From positions 65,109-129,108 of the forward strand of contig CAYMEV010000003.1 in the NCBI GenBank assembly GCA_964389675.1: a stretch of DNA of 64,000 nt, read 5' to 3'. Below are positions 1 to 11,150 of this stretch, piece by piece (position 1 is the first letter of the stretch; each line of letters starts with the position of its first letter). This DNA is from an uncultured Candidatus Sumerlaeota bacterium. GTDB lineage: Bacteria; CAYMEV01. Made by a program: the position numbers and the translations under genes. The notes under the pieces are model-generated. The model searched no databases and was not told the DNA's origin. It was given only the letters and a program-made list of their open reading frames with translations.

Positions 1-930
1 AGAGACGATACCCCTTCTGAAGAAGAGCTTAGCCACATATTAGAGGGCTACAGAGCTCAGAAGGCGATCATCAAGCCATTTGACGGCCCTGTTGATTCAG
101 ATACCATAATATACGGTGATTTAGTTGTCAGCAGTGTTGACAGCCCGGATAAGACCGAAACCCAGAATGATTTTTCAGTTGCCAGGGGTACTTTTGTTAT
201 AGGGGAGGCTATTTTTGAGGACCTGATAGGGAAAAAGGCAGGGGATGTCTTTGAAAAGGAACTGGAGCTCAGCGCAGCCTTTCTGTCATTTTCTGCAAAT
301 GAAAAGGTCAGTGTGAAATACACATTAAAAAGCCTGAAGAAACAGGAGCTTCCAGCTTTGGACGATAATCTTGCAAAGCAGATCGATGAGAATACAAAAA
401 CCATTCAGGAGCTTAAGGATAAGATAAAAAAGGATGTAGAAACACGTAAAAAAGAACAGAACAGGCAGAGGATGCTGAACGACATAGACAGCCATCTCAC
501 TGAAAAGCTTGATTTTACTCCTCCGCCGGCACTTGTCGAATTTGAGCTTTACAAGCTGCTGAATCACTACCAGGCCCAGATGGCACGTTATAATATTGGT
601 TTTAACAGCGAGGAAGAAAGAGAGAGCTTTATTGAAAAGAGAAAAGATGACGCGGCAAGACTGGCAAAGATTAAACTCATTCTTGATCACATAATAGAAA
701 AGGAAGCGATAGATGTTGAATTTAAGGATGTGAAAGACAGGATCAATGAAATAGTCAAGGACAGAGAGAATGCTTCAGAACTGAGAAAAGAATACCTTAA
801 GGATGAGAACTTCAAGTTCATAAAAGATGGACTGGTCAGGGATAAGCTGTATGACTTTATTATAGAAAATGCCGAGTTCACAGAAGGTGAAACAGAGGAA
901 AAGCCTGCTGAAAAGCCGGCAGACAAATAA
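1..930 (+). CDS. tig: Trigger factor, 5'-partial because it runs off the window start
   Basis: The frame is open from nt 1 with no stop. The upstream translation shows FKBP/PPIase-like motifs (GEAIFEDLIGKKAGDVFEKELE), followed by the trigger factor C-terminal domain. The listed ORF start at 313 is an internal Met. The tig-clpP adjacency is conserved across bacteria. Confidence 0.85.
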   Translation, partial: RDDTPSEEELSHILEGYRAQKAIIKPFDGPVDSDTIIYGDLVVSSVDSPDKTETQNDFSVARGTFVIGEAIFEDLIGKKAGDVFEKELELSAAFLSFSANEKVSVKYTLKSLKKQELPALDDNLAKQIDENTKTIQELKDKIKKDVETRKKEQNRQRMLNDIDSHLTEKLDFTPPPALVEFELYKLLNHYQAQMARYNIGFNSEEERESFIEKRKDDAARLAKIKLILDHIIEKEAIDVEFKDVKDRINEIVKDRENASELRKEYLKDENFKFIKDGLVRDKLYDFIIENAEFTEGETEEKPAEKPADK

Positions 931-945
931 AAGGAGCTGATTATT

Positions 946-1545
946 ATGTCATATCCACCAATTGTAATAGAACAGACAAAATGGGGAGAGAGGACCTACG
1001 ATATATATTCAAGACTGATGAAAGACAGGATAATATTTATTGGTGTCCCTATATCAGATGATATAGCAAACACCATTATTGCCCAGCTTTTATTTCTTGA
1101 GAGCGATGATCCCGACAGGGATATAAATATCTATATCAATTCGCCGGGCGGATCAATTACTGCAGGCCTGGCTATCTATGACACCATGCAGTATGTCAAG
1201 CCTGATATCATGACCATTTGCGTCGGACAGGCGGCATCCATGGGAGCAATACTTCTTATGGCAGGCACACATGGAAAGAGGTATGCACTGCCTTATTCCC
1301 GCATACTCCTTCATCAGCCTATCGGAGGTTATCAGGGGCAGGCAACGGATATCGATATTCATGCAAAAGAGATACTCAGGATCAAAAAGCTCATGCATGA
1401 GATCATCAATAAGCATACGGCCCAGACCGTTGACAGGATAAGCAAAGATACTGAAAGGGACTATATTATGACGGCAGATGAGGCCAGGCAGTATGGCATT
1501 GTTGATGAAGTCATACAATACAAGAAAATGAATATATCAAAATAA
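946..1545 (+). CDS. clpP: ATP-dependent Clp protease proteolytic subunit
   Basis: Carries the ClpP signature [21 protein letters not shown], the catalytic Ser in GQAASMGA and the LLHQP His region. RBS aaggag 9 nt upstream; the gene follows tig. Confidence 0.95.
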   Translation: MSYPPIVIEQTKWGERTYDIYSRLMKDRIIFIGVPISDDIANTIIAQLLFLESDDPDRDINIYINSPGGSITAGLAIYDTMQYVKPDIMTICVGQAASMGAILLMAGTHGKRYALPYSRILLHQPIGGYQGQATDIDIHAKEILRIKKLMHEIINKHTAQTVDRISKDTERDYIMTADEARQYGIVDEVIQYKKMNISK

Positions 1546-1565
1546 TTCTCCCGGGACTGTTAAAT

Positions 1566-3872
1566 TTGAAAAAGATGCATAAAAAAGATTACAGGGCAAA
1601 TTTTATCCCACTGAGAGACCTCTTTATTTTTCCAGGAGAGGCAAAGTCCATTATCGTTGGAAGGGCGCATTCTATCGCATCTCTCGAAGAGTCATTAAAA
1701 AACAGTGAGAATATTATCCTGATAACACAGATCAACCCTGAGATTGAAGATACGGAATTAGGCAGTTTTTATGATACAGGCGTGTCAGCCGGCATAAGGA
1801 AGGCCAATAAGAATATTGACGGTTCCTATGAGGTCATTTTCAAAGGGATTGAGAGAGTTTCCATCATAGATATATATTCTGAAAACAATATCAACAGATG
1901 CATTTATAAAAGCCTTGAGGACAAGGAAGACATATCTGATGATCATAAACTGCTCTATAAAGATACATTAAATCTCATAGAAAAATACCCTGAGATTAAG
2001 ATCAGGTACAACCTGACCCATTTAAGGGCAGATACAGCAGATATAACGGCTGTGATCGACCTTATAGCCTCAAAAATCCCATTGAGCCTGAAAGAAAAAC
2101 ATCAATTCATCAGGGAAAAGAACCGCAGAAAAAGACTGGAGCTTTTATACGGTTTTATTCTCAAGGAAGTTAAAAAGCATGAGCTTAATGAGAGCATAAA
2201 GCTCAGGATAAAGGAAAGGATAGAAAAAACTGAGAAAGAATACTTCATAAAACAGCAGATAATGGCCCTTAAGGAAGAATTGGGGCAGGATGCCGGTGCT
2301 GAGGATGAAAAGGAATCCCTGAAAGAGACCATAGAATCATCGCCTTTGCCGAAGGAAGCCAGGGAAAGAGCTCTAAAAGAATATAAAAGGCTGTCCGGCC
2401 TGCCATTTTTCTCGCCGGAAGTAGGGGTCATAAGGAACTATATTGACTGGCTTCTGGCACTTCCATGGGCTACTGCGGAGAAAAAAACCCTGGACATGGA
2501 TTATGCGGCAAGAGTACTTGAGAAACATCACTATGGCCTTGAAAAGATAAAGGAAAGAATTATAGAGCATTTGGCTGTCGAAAGGCTTTCAAAGAAATCC
2601 AGGCCAACGATTATATGCTTTGTAGGTGCACCGGGAACAGGAAAAACAAGCCTTGCAAAATCTATCGCTGAAGCTACCAACCGGGAATTTGTAAGGGTCT
2701 CACTCGGGGGAATAAGGGATGAGGCAGAGATACGAGGGCATAGAATGACCTATATCGGCAGTATGCCAGGCAGGATACTGCAGAGCATGAGAAAAGTCTC
2801 ATCCAATAACCCGGTTTTCCTTCTGGATGAGATAGATAAGCTTTCGACCGATTTCCGGGGTGATCCGGCCTCTGCCCTCCTTGAGGTTCTGGACCCGGAT
2901 CAGAACAGGCATTTCAGCGATAATTACCTCGAGGTCGAATATGATCTGAGCAATGTGATGTTTATCACAACAGCAAATACCCTTGATATACCGAAACCCC
3001 TGATGGACAGGATGGAGATAATCCAGCTCGAGGGGTATACAGATATAGAAAAGCTCAATATAGCAAAGCAGTTCCTGATCGACAGATCAATGGAATCCAT
3101 AGGCCTGGATAAAGACAGTATTCATTTTTCTGATGAAGCACTGCTGGAGATAATCCATAACTATACAAGAGAAGCGGGAGTAAGAAACCTCCAGAGAGAA
3201 ATTGAAAATATCCTCAGGAAGCTGGCTTTAAAAAAGGTCAGGGAGAAGAAAAGGATAAGAATTAAAATAAGCAGGAAAATGGTAGAGGAGTATCTTGGGA
3301 TACCAAGATACCACAAAAGCAGGACATTTTTGGGCAGGGCAGTAGGCGAAGCTACCGGCCTTGCATGGACACCGCAGGGCGGGGATGTGCTGAGCATTGA
3401 AGTTATTATTACCGCGGGAAAAGGGAATATAATCATGACGGGTGCACTGGGCGAGGTAATGAAAGAATCCGCGCAGACAGCCCTGAGTTTTGTCAAGAAC
3501 CGGGTAGGCAAAGAGCAAAAATTCAATTTTGATAAATATGACATACACCTTCATATACCAGAGGGAGCTGTTCCCAAAGAAGGGCCTTCTGCAGGGGTTA
3601 CCCTTGTTACTGCAATATATTCCGCTATATGTGAAAATTATGTGAACAAGGAAATTGCAATGACGGGGGAAATTACGCTGAAAGGCAGGATACTGCCTGT
3701 CGGAGGTATTAAGACAAAGCTTCTTGCTGCACACAGAAGGGGTATCTTTGAGGTAATAATACCATCCGAAAATAAAAGGGACCTTTCAGAACTTGATGGC
3801 TACATTAAGGAAAAAATGAAGATACACCTGTTTTCAAATGTTGAAGAAGTTTTTGGATTAGTAATGCAGTAA
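1566..3872 (+). CDS. lon: Lon protease (ATP-dependent, LonA type)
   Basis: Lon N-terminal domain, then AAA+ Walker [10 protein letters not shown] and LLDEIDK, then the Lon proteolytic domain with the catalytic Ser in [10 protein letters not shown]. 768 aa. Confidence 0.95.
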   Translation: MKKMHKKDYRANFIPLRDLFIFPGEAKSIIVGRAHSIASLEESLKNSENIILITQINPEIEDTELGSFYDTGVSAGIRKANKNIDGSYEVIFKGIERVSIIDIYSENNINRCIYKSLEDKEDISDDHKLLYKDTLNLIEKYPEIKIRYNLTHLRADTADITAVIDLIASKIPLSLKEKHQFIREKNRRKRLELLYGFILKEVKKHELNESIKLRIKERIEKTEKEYFIKQQIMALKEELGQDAGAEDEKESLKETIESSPLPKEARERALKEYKRLSGLPFFSPEVGVIRNYIDWLLALPWATAEKKTLDMDYAARVLEKHHYGLEKIKERIIEHLAVERLSKKSRPTIICFVGAPGTGKTSLAKSIAEATNREFVRVSLGGIRDEAEIRGHRMTYIGSMPGRILQSMRKVSSNNPVFLLDEIDKLSTDFRGDPASALLEVLDPDQNRHFSDNYLEVEYDLSNVMFITTANTLDIPKPLMDRMEIIQLEGYTDIEKLNIAKQFLIDRSMESIGLDKDSIHFSDEALLEIIHNYTREAGVRNLQREIENILRKLALKKVREKKRIRIKISRKMVEEYLGIPRYHKSRTFLGRAVGEATGLAWTPQGGDVLSIEVIITAGKGNIIMTGALGEVMKESAQTALSFVKNRVGKEQKFNFDKYDIHLHIPEGAVPKEGPSAGVTLVTAIYSAICENYVNKEIAMTGEITLKGRILPVGGIKTKLLAAHRRGIFEVIIPSENKRDLSELDGYIKEKMKIHLFSNVEEVFGLVMQ

Positions 3873-4462
3873 TGGAAATTGTAAAATATGATAAGGTCTT
3901 TGACATAAGCCATATACCGGAAAATTACAGCAGGCATATTGCTTTTGCCGGCAAAAGCAATGTTGGTAAAAGCAGCCTCTTAAATGCCCTTTTTAACAGG
4001 AAAAGGCTTGCGCCCACCAGTTCAAAGCCTGGAAAGACAAGGGGCCTGAACATTTATATTGCCGAGAAAAAATATATCATATGTGATCTGCCCGGATACG
4101 GTTATGCAGCATTCTCAAAGGCTCAGAGAGAACAGTTCCTTATCCTGTCGGCGGATTATTTCAGGGCGTTTTGCGACAGGCTTTTTCTTTTTATACTAAT
4201 TGACATAAGAAGGGATGTTTCGGAGCTTGATCTTTCACTCCTTAATTATGCATCAAGGTATAATATACCATATGGCATAGTACTGACCAAAACCGATAAG
4301 ATAAGCTCTAACAAAAGATCAGCTTCAATCAGCAGGATCAAGTCTGAGCTGAAAGATGCGGACATGGATGCCGATTGCATTTTTCCTGTTTCAGTGAAGT
4401 CGAAGGCAGGAATGGAAGAGCTGTCCGGTTTTATGAAAAACAGGCTTTTTCAATATTCATAG
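3872..4462 (+). CDS. engB: Ribosome biogenesis GTP-binding protein YihA/EngB
   Basis: G1 GKSNVGKSS, G3 DLPGYG and G4 TKTDK motifs. The start overlaps the lon stop as TAATG. A lon-engB pairing is also seen in Bacillus. Confidence 0.85.
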   Translation: MEIVKYDKVFDISHIPENYSRHIAFAGKSNVGKSSLLNALFNRKRLAPTSSKPGKTRGLNIYIAEKKYIICDLPGYGYAAFSKAQREQFLILSADYFRAFCDRLFLFILIDIRRDVSELDLSLLNYASRYNIPYGIVLTKTDKISSNKRSASISRIKSELKDADMDADCIFPVSVKSKAGMEELSGFMKNRLFQYS

Positions 4463-4473
4463 TAACAAATCCT

Positions 4474-4502
4474 TGACTAAACAGAAATCAAAATAATAAT
4501 AT
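4474..4502 (+). promoter_or_regulatory. Candidate sigma70 promoter for metH (TTGACT, 17-nt spacer, TAATAT)
   Basis: TTGACT at 4474-4479 and TAATAT at 4497-4502, about 50 nt upstream of the metH start. Confidence 0.3.
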
Positions 4503-4552
4503 CTGCTTTATAGGCTGCAGAATAAATTACCTTATAATTATCAGGGAAATTA

Positions 4553-7500
4553 ATGAAAAAGATTGAAGAAATCATCAGGAACAGATACTTAATATTTGAC
4601 GGAGCGATGGGGACAAGCCTCCAGAAGATGGATATGGCAGGGCTTGATTTCAGGAATAAGAAGAAGATGAATGAGCTGTTAAACATCTATTATCCTGAAT
4701 ATGTAAGCGCTGTCCACAGAGGGTTCATAGAAGCAGGGGCAGATATTATCGAAACAAATACATTTTCAGCGAGTGCAACAGTACTGAGCCGTTACGGTTT
4801 TTCTGAATTGACATGCCAGATAAACAGGGAGGCGGTAAGAATAGCCATAGAGTCTGCAAACAGCTATGACAGGGATATTTATGTAGCAGGGTCAGTAGGC
4901 CCTACTGACAAGCTTCCTTCATTAGGGCAGATAAGCTTTGATGATATGGTTGAGGGATACCAGCCCCAGATGGAGGGACTGATTTCTGGACGAGCTGATA
5001 TCGTTATTCTGGAGACCTTTCAGGATCCTCTCGGCATAAAAGCTGCCCTGAAAGCCCTTGAAAGATCTGCAAAAAAACACAATCATTTTCCTTATATAAT
5101 GGTATCAGTTACCTTTTCCGAAAATGGAAATATGCTCCTTGGGACCACCCCTGAAGCTGTGCTTTATATTCTTGAGCCATATGATCTGTTCTCGGTCGGC
5201 ATTAACTGCTCTCTGGGGCCATCCGGTCTTAGAAAGCCTCTTGAGGTATTTGCACGGCATTATAATGGATACATATCATTTATGCCTAATGCAGGGTTGC
5301 CTAAAAAAGAGAATCAGATACTCCACTATGACCTTAAAGCGGATGATTTTGCTCAAATAATGTCACAGTATGCCTCTGAACTTGGCATAGATATTATCGG
5401 AGGATGCTGCGGCACGGACAGTGAATATATAAGAAAGCTGAAAGAAGCATCAGAATCACTTGAGAAGAAGAGCAGGGAAATAGAACCATACAGCGGTGTT
5501 GCAAGCCTTTATAAAGGCTTTGAATATAAGCAGACCCCTGCCCCTTTTATAATCGGTGAAAGGACAAACATGGCAGGAAGCAGGAAGTTCTCAGCATTAG
5601 CCAGGGAAGGCGATATTGAAAAAACTGCAATGTTTTGCAGAGATTATTCTCTTTCAGGCATGCACGGGATAGACCTATTCCTGAAAAAAGGCGGTAATAT
5701 TGACGACGAATATACTGTTGATCTGGTCAGGAGGCTTTCATTACTGCTTAATGTTGCATTATGCTTTGACTCAAAAGACATAGGGCTTATTGAAAAAATA
5801 TTAAAGCATTATCCCGGAAGGATGATAATCAATTCTGCAAGCCTTAAGGACGGGGAGAAAAAGCTTCTGGAATATCTCAGGATTACCCGGATATACGGTG
5901 CCTCCATTGTTCTGCTTGCTATCGATGAAAAGGGGATGGCGGTAGGCCAGGGCGAAAAGATAAAAATTTTCAGGAGGATCCTGGAGTGTGCAAAAGAGTC
6001 AGGACTGAAAGACTCACAGATCATCCTGGACCCCCTCACTTTCAGCATAGTAAGCGGTGACAGGCAGTATGCTGATTCTGCCAGTGAATCCCTGAAAACA
6101 CTTAGGGAGATAAAAAGGCTTTTTCCAAGCATATCAACAGTTATGGGTGTATCAAATATCAGTTACGGAGTAAAAGGAGATCTAAGAAGGCTTATAAACA
6201 GCGTTTTTCTCTATGAGGCAGTAAGAAACGGACTTGATATGGCCATCATAAATGCCGGGGATATTCTTCCCATGAATCGGATAGATAAAGATATGGCTGA
6301 CTCTATAAAGGATCTTATACTTAACAGGAATAATGAGGGAAGTGAAATATTAAAAAGGCTTCTGAGCCTGACCTATCATTCAGCGGATATTACTGAAAAG
6401 GCATATGCATCCCCTGCTGACAGAATTAAAGCAGATATTATAAATGGAAATCAGCTGTATATAAAAGATCAGATATCTGACCTGTTGAGATCAGGCGAAA
6501 AGCCGGATTTTATTATTGAAAAAATCCTGCTTGAAGCGATCAGCGAAGTAGGAAGGCTGTTCAAAGAGGGTTATATCCCACTGCCCTTTGTCCTCCAGTC
6601 TGCCCGGGTGATGAAGGATGCATTCTCAGCAATTGCTGAAAAAATGCCCATAAATAATTCAAAAAAAGAAAAAAAGCTTATACTTGCCACGGTAAAAGGC
6701 GATATACATGATATTGGCAAGAACCTTGTTGACATAATAGTATCATCCCATGGTTATAATGTGGTCAACCTGGGCGTTGAGGTCGATATTAAAGATATTA
6801 TTGATACTGTAAGGAATAATGATAACTGTTATCTGGGTTTATCCGGGCTTATAAATGAATCCCTTGATGTAATGGAGGATTATGCTGCTAAACTGGTGAA
6901 AGCAGATGTGGATATTCCAGTGATATTTGGAGGGGCTGCAGTTTCAGAAGGATTTGTCAGGAATGTCCTTAGAAAAATATACAAAAGGGCTTTATATGGT
7001 AAGGACGCTTTTGATGCAGTCAGCATGCTGGAGGGGAAAAAGGGCAGAGATGCAATTGCCGGTATTCAATCAAATAAGCAGGATAAGGTTAAAAAACGTG
7101 GAGAAAAGGCAATAGAAAGAAAAAATACTGATTTAGTGTTCCGGGATAAAGACACTGTTCATTCCTTTCAGCTGGGCCTGAGTGATATAGTTCCGGGGAT
7201 GGATATAAAGAGGCTTTTCAGGGTCAGATGGACATATAAAATCAAAGAGGGGAGCGGTAAAATGCCTGATCTTAAGGAACTGAAAAGCAGGATGGATACA
7301 ATGCTGGATAAATTATATGAATCAAAAGCGGTCGCTCCTGCTGCAAATTACTGTTATGCAAGCGTTATAAGGGAAAAAAACAGGCTGCATATTCTAAAGA
7401 ATGGAAAATTTATGGATTTTCAGAGGGATGGATTTTCCTTTATTGATTATTTTCATGAAAAGAAGGAGGATACCATTATATTCTTTGCTGCAACAGCAGG

Positions 7501-7858
7501 TGAAAAAGCATGGACTGTTAAAAATTCCCTCCTTGACAGGGGTAACTATGCCGGGTACCATCTTATGAACGGGCTGATAAACGAGATTTTGGAGACATTC
7601 CTGAATCTTTTATCTAAACATATAGAAAATGAATGCGGCCTTTACAGGATAGAGGGCATCAAGCCTCTCAGGCTCGCATACGGTTATCCATACTGTCCCA
7701 GGCTGAGAGAGCAGGAGAAGGTATATGGCCTTCTTGATCTTGAAAGAATGGGCCTCAGGTTTACTGAACTTTATCAGATTATTCCGGAAGAAAGCTCTTC
7801 CGGCTTTATACTGCCTTTTGTGGCTCATAATAAATCTAAAACAGGAGGGCTGAAATGA
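4553..7858 (+). CDS. metH: Cobalamin-dependent methionine synthase
   Basis: Homocysteine S-methyltransferase domain at the N-terminus, a pterin-binding domain, the B12-binding DIHDIGKN (DxHxxG) motif with GGAAVS, and a C-terminal AdoMet reactivation domain. 1101 aa. Confidence 0.9.
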   Translation: MKKIEEIIRNRYLIFDGAMGTSLQKMDMAGLDFRNKKKMNELLNIYYPEYVSAVHRGFIEAGADIIETNTFSASATVLSRYGFSELTCQINREAVRIAIESANSYDRDIYVAGSVGPTDKLPSLGQISFDDMVEGYQPQMEGLISGRADIVILETFQDPLGIKAALKALERSAKKHNHFPYIMVSVTFSENGNMLLGTTPEAVLYILEPYDLFSVGINCSLGPSGLRKPLEVFARHYNGYISFMPNAGLPKKENQILHYDLKADDFAQIMSQYASELGIDIIGGCCGTDSEYIRKLKEASESLEKKSREIEPYSGVASLYKGFEYKQTPAPFIIGERTNMAGSRKFSALAREGDIEKTAMFCRDYSLSGMHGIDLFLKKGGNIDDEYTVDLVRRLSLLLNVALCFDSKDIGLIEKILKHYPGRMIINSASLKDGEKKLLEYLRITRIYGASIVLLAIDEKGMAVGQGEKIKIFRRILECAKESGLKDSQIILDPLTFSIVSGDRQYADSASESLKTLREIKRLFPSISTVMGVSNISYGVKGDLRRLINSVFLYEAVRNGLDMAIINAGDILPMNRIDKDMADSIKDLILNRNNEGSEILKRLLSLTYHSADITEKAYASPADRIKADIINGNQLYIKDQISDLLRSGEKPDFIIEKILLEAISEVGRLFKEGYIPLPFVLQSARVMKDAFSAIAEKMPINNSKKEKKLILATVKGDIHDIGKNLVDIIVSSHGYNVVNLGVEVDIKDIIDTVRNNDNCYLGLSGLINESLDVMEDYAAKLVKADVDIPVIFGGAAVSEGFVRNVLRKIYKRALYGKDAFDAVSMLEGKKGRDAIAGIQSNKQDKVKKRGEKAIERKNTDLVFRDKDTVHSFQLGLSDIVPGMDIKRLFRVRWTYKIKEGSGKMPDLKELKSRMDTMLDKLYESKAVAPAANYCYASVIREKNRLHILKNGKFMDFQRDGFSFIDYFHEKKEDTIIFFAATAGEKAWTVKNSLLDRGNYAGYHLMNGLINEILETFLNLLSKHIENECGLYRIEGIKPLRLAYGYPYCPRLREQEKVYGLLDLERMGLRFTELYQIIPEESSSGFILPFVAHNKSKTGGLK

Positions 7859-8679
7859 GATTATTCGTATCAATCGATCTTGAAGGGGCATCGGGTATCT
7901 TCCGCTGGGGAGATGAAAAAGAGGATGCAGGCAGGATGGTCAGGGACCTTAATATAGTGCTGAATACCATAAAAAATGATGATATATGGAAAGATATTGA
8001 AAGGATAGTGGTCGCGGACAGCCATGCCTTCGGAAAGAATATACATATATCGGAAATCGAAAATGACAAGACCTGGCTTATATCAGGAAGCCACCGGACA
8101 GATTATATGATGGAGGGTTTAAGCAGGGAATTTACAGCCTGCTTGTTTATAGGCTATCATTCAAGGGTTGGCGAGGCTGCAGCCATACTGGACCATACTT
8201 ATTCAGGAAGCACAGTAAAAGAGGTAAAAATTAACGGCCGGATATGCGGAGAAACAGAAATAAATGCATTTCTTGCAGGTTACTATGATGTACCGGTAAT
8301 TTTTGCCTCCGGCGATGACAAGCTTCAGAAACAGATATCAGATTTTTATGGTAATGAATTTCCCTATGCACTTGTTAAGTACGGTATAGCAAAGGATGCA
8401 GCAATGCTTTTATCAGAAGGGGACAGCAGGAAAAGCCTGGTGTCCGCGGCAGAGAAAGCAATAAAGATACTTAAGAGCGGTTCTCAGGACAGGTATATAA
8501 GAAAGGCAGAAAGCCCGGTGAAATTTTCAGTCAGGTTCAAGGATTCCCTTCATGCTTATAATGCATCAATTATTCCTTTTGTGGAATATGCAAGCGGTGA
8601 TACTCTGGAATTTACAATGAAGGATTACAGGGATGCATTCAGGCTGTTTGAGGCTCTTGTCTCTCTGGCCAGGGGGTAA
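7855..8679 (+). CDS. DppA-like D-aminopeptidase (peptidase M55 family)
   Basis: 274 aa, the same length as B. subtilis DppA. The N-terminus MRLFVSIDLEGASGI resembles MK.Y.S.DMEGISG, and YYDVPVIFASGDD matches YYDVPVLMVAGDD. Overlaps metH by 4 nt. Confidence 0.6.
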   Translation: MRLFVSIDLEGASGIFRWGDEKEDAGRMVRDLNIVLNTIKNDDIWKDIERIVVADSHAFGKNIHISEIENDKTWLISGSHRTDYMMEGLSREFTACLFIGYHSRVGEAAAILDHTYSGSTVKEVKINGRICGETEINAFLAGYYDVPVIFASGDDKLQKQISDFYGNEFPYALVKYGIAKDAAMLLSEGDSRKSLVSAAEKAIKILKSGSQDRYIRKAESPVKFSVRFKDSLHAYNASIIPFVEYASGDTLEFTMKDYRDAFRLFEALVSLARG

Positions 8680-8684
8680 TGCCT

Positions 8685-9257
8685 TTAAAATTTCCTGTAG
8701 TACTTTCTTAATATTACATAAACTGCTTCATCAGAGAAGCCTTTGCCTTCGACATAAACATATTCTCTGAGTATGCCTTCAAGCTTCATTGCAAATTTTT
8801 CTGCAATTGCCACTGAACCGGTGTTTTTTGGATTGCACCTCAGTTCACAGCGGTTAATGTCAAAATTCTCAAAGGCAAAATTAATAATGGGTGCAGTGAT
8901 TTCAGATGCAATTCCACGGCCCCAAAGCTTTCTATTAATATCAGCTCCAAGTTCAATCCTTCTGTTCTTTGGATGCCAGTTGTGCAAAGCAGCAGTGCCA
9001 ATAAGCGTGCGAGGCTCATCCCTGTTCACTACAGCCCAGCGGATGGATATTTTGTTCCGGAAATTATCGTTCCAGCTGTTTATTAGCTCTTTGCACTCTT
9101 GTACTGTTTTTGCAGGCATTCTTTCCATGTAAAGCATGCTGGCTGGATCGCCATAGATCTCAAACAGGTCTTCAGCAAATGAGATTTCAGGCCTGATAAG
9201 CAAAAACCGCTTTGTACTGATCACTGGGAATTTCCTGAAAATTTCCGGGTTAATCAT
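8685..9257 (-). CDS. GNAT family N-acetyltransferase (RimJ/RimL-like)
   Basis: GNAT acetyl-CoA-binding core: IGTAALHNWHPKNRRIELGADINRKLWGRGIASE. Confidence 0.7.
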   Translation of the reverse strand: MINPEIFRKFPVISTKRFLLIRPEISFAEDLFEIYGDPASMLYMERMPAKTVQECKELINSWNDNFRNKISIRWAVVNRDEPRTLIGTAALHNWHPKNRRIELGADINRKLWGRGIASEITAPIINFAFENFDINRCELRCNPKNTGSVAIAEKFAMKLEGILREYVYVEGKGFSDEAVYVILRKYYRKF

Positions 9258-9370
9258 TTACCTGCCTTATATAAAACCTGCTTAAGGTGTATTTTCTGAT
9301 TTATCGGTGAAAAAAAGCGAAGCAGAAATAAATCTGCTTCGCTTATGCTTATCCTGATAATGATTATTTA

Positions 9371-10831
9371 TTAAAAGTAATAGGTAAATCCGGCAAGAAT
9401 TATATGCTGGTTGTCAAACTCACGGTTTCCGCCGAATGGTATGCGCAGTTCAGCAAAGACTGTGCCCTTGTCCTGTATGACATCATATCCAAGTGTTACA
9501 ATTGCATCCATTCCGTCTTCCATGGGATCTCCATGCAGTACATCCAGGCTTTCCCTTTCCAGGTATTCAAGGTATTTCGTTGAATACCCGAGGCCTGCAC
9601 CTATAAAGAATTTATTGAAGTTCAGGTTCAGTGTAGCCCCTGCCATAAAGAAATTCTTAAATTTATCACTGTCGCAAAGGCCTGCGCCAACAGTTGCCTT
9701 TATGTCAAGTTTACGCGGAACAATGCGGTAAAGCAGACCAAAGCGGGCTGATGTGTAATAATGGTAAGTCCCGTAGGCAAGAGTGGGAGCAAGTTCTGCA
9801 AACCAGAGAAGGCGAGGCCTTACCTTTACAAGGACATTGCATGTATCAGATGTAGCATTGAAATCATCTGTGACAACCAGGTATATATTATAAAGCGATG
9901 GTTTGTCAAAGACTGGCTCCATTATATATGGTTCGCTGGTCAGTTTTTCCGTCATTACAAGGTTTTCATCCTCGTCAAAGAACTCAAAATTCAATTCAGT
10001 GAGGGTTCCGTCAACATCTCTGGAGCCTGATGCGTCCAGTACAAGCTTTTCTCCAAGGATTATCTCATCAGCAGATGCTTTCAGGTCACATACAGGTGGA
10101 TAATTTACATAAACCTTTGCTTCACATTCGCCTTCAACAGGCCAGGTATCAATTCCCCTGACCGTGGTTCTGAATGTATAATGGCCCGGTATGTCAAAGC
10201 TGGTCTCCATGACAGGGTTGTCTACCGAAAGATCCTTGCTTTCAAGCTCTATGCCCTCTTCATTAACTATCTTTACATGAATTTCACTTGCATTCTGGGT
10301 GTCGTTCATGTCAGCAACGACCTTATCATTAATGTTTACCTTCTGGGGAGTAACTGTAATCCCGCATACAAGGCGTGGAAGGTCCTCTGATTTATAAAAG
10401 GACAGGTTGCCGCATTTTTTGGGTACTATAAAATGATAGACAGTGCCCTCCTTTGTAATGGAAAAGGCAAAAACATCAAGGGGCTTTTTACCCATCCACT
10501 GGCCGTTTTCTATCAGCGAAAGCTTATTGCGTTTCTTGTAGATCATCCATGGTATAATTTCTCCGACCTGAAGCTCCCGTGCTTCTATCTCAGCCTCTCC
10601 AAACTGTTGCAGAAATGTCTCTACAAGGTCAGCATGACCGGCCATCTCGAGAGCTTCCCGCAATTCGACAGGGGATTTCTTAAAAGCTTCCCTCATCTGT
10701 TCAGGATCCTGGAACCCACCCTTAAATAATGGATTATCTCCGACCCTGGTGATCTCAACAGCATCCTGGGCATAGCAGAAGACGCTCAAGGCCAGGACTA
10801 GAAAAAGTGTATACACTATTCTGAGTTTCAT
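9371..10831 (-). CDS. Secreted or outer-membrane protein with a PKD-like domain and a C-terminal beta-barrel
   Basis: Signal peptide MKLRIVYTLFLVLALSVFCYAQ. A PKD-like DASGSRDVDGT segment. The C-terminal region alternates hydrophobic residues and ends in ...GFTYYF, a terminal Phe typical of proteins handled by the BAM outer-membrane insertion machinery. Confidence 0.5.
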   Translation of the reverse strand: MKLRIVYTLFLVLALSVFCYAQDAVEITRVGDNPLFKGGFQDPEQMREAFKKSPVELREALEMAGHADLVETFLQQFGEAEIEARELQVGEIIPWMIYKKRNKLSLIENGQWMGKKPLDVFAFSITKEGTVYHFIVPKKCGNLSFYKSEDLPRLVCGITVTPQKVNINDKVVADMNDTQNASEIHVKIVNEEGIELESKDLSVDNPVMETSFDIPGHYTFRTTVRGIDTWPVEGECEAKVYVNYPPVCDLKASADEIILGEKLVLDASGSRDVDGTLTELNFEFFDEDENLVMTEKLTSEPYIMEPVFDKPSLYNIYLVVTDDFNATSDTCNVLVKVRPRLLWFAELAPTLAYGTYHYYTSARFGLLYRIVPRKLDIKATVGAGLCDSDKFKNFFMAGATLNLNFNKFFIGAGLGYSTKYLEYLERESLDVLHGDPMEDGMDAIVTLGYDVIQDKGTVFAELRIPFGGNREFDNQHIILAGFTYYF

Positions 10832-11103
10832 AATAACCTCCTTAAGTTTTTTATATGAAATAAGATTCCTTTTGCCAAAAACTATCAGTACTTCTATATG
10901 ATAATTGTAGAACTTGATAATAAAAAATCAAGTAAAATTAATAAAAATGGCCAAATATTTTTTATTTAAGCAAAGATATATACTGGACAAACGACTGCCC
11001 TATTGCCTCATCAGTTCTGACTGAATAAAACAGGCATAAACAGGTAGATGCCAGGCTGACAACTGGATGAAATATTTAAGCTTTTTGCAGTGAATATCTT
11101 ATG

Positions 11104-11141
11104 AAAAAATTACAGTAAAGGGACAGGGTCAGCCCCTGTCC
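11104..11141 (-). terminator. Rho-independent terminator candidate downstream of the decarboxylase operon
   Basis: An 8-bp GC stem GGACAGGG/CCCTGTCC with a 5-nt loop at 11121-11141, followed on the minus strand by a T-rich tract (cttTacTgTaaTTTTTT). Confidence 0.4.
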
Positions 11142-11150
11142 TTCATCATT

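Noticed and set aside
325-690. Numerous 60-170-aa antisense or out-of-frame ORFs embedded in long genes (for example 325-690 -, 3228-3734 -, 5809-6132 -, 37213-37566 -, 50545-51264 -)
   Set aside because: They overlap strongly supported conserved genes on the opposite strand or in another frame, have low-complexity Ser/Leu/Phe-rich composition and lack RBSs. They were treated as spurious.
313-930. The listed 205-aa ORF as a complete gene
   Set aside because: The frame is open back to nt 1 and the upstream translation is the PPIase domain of trigger factor. The true gene starts outside the window, and 313 is an internal Met.
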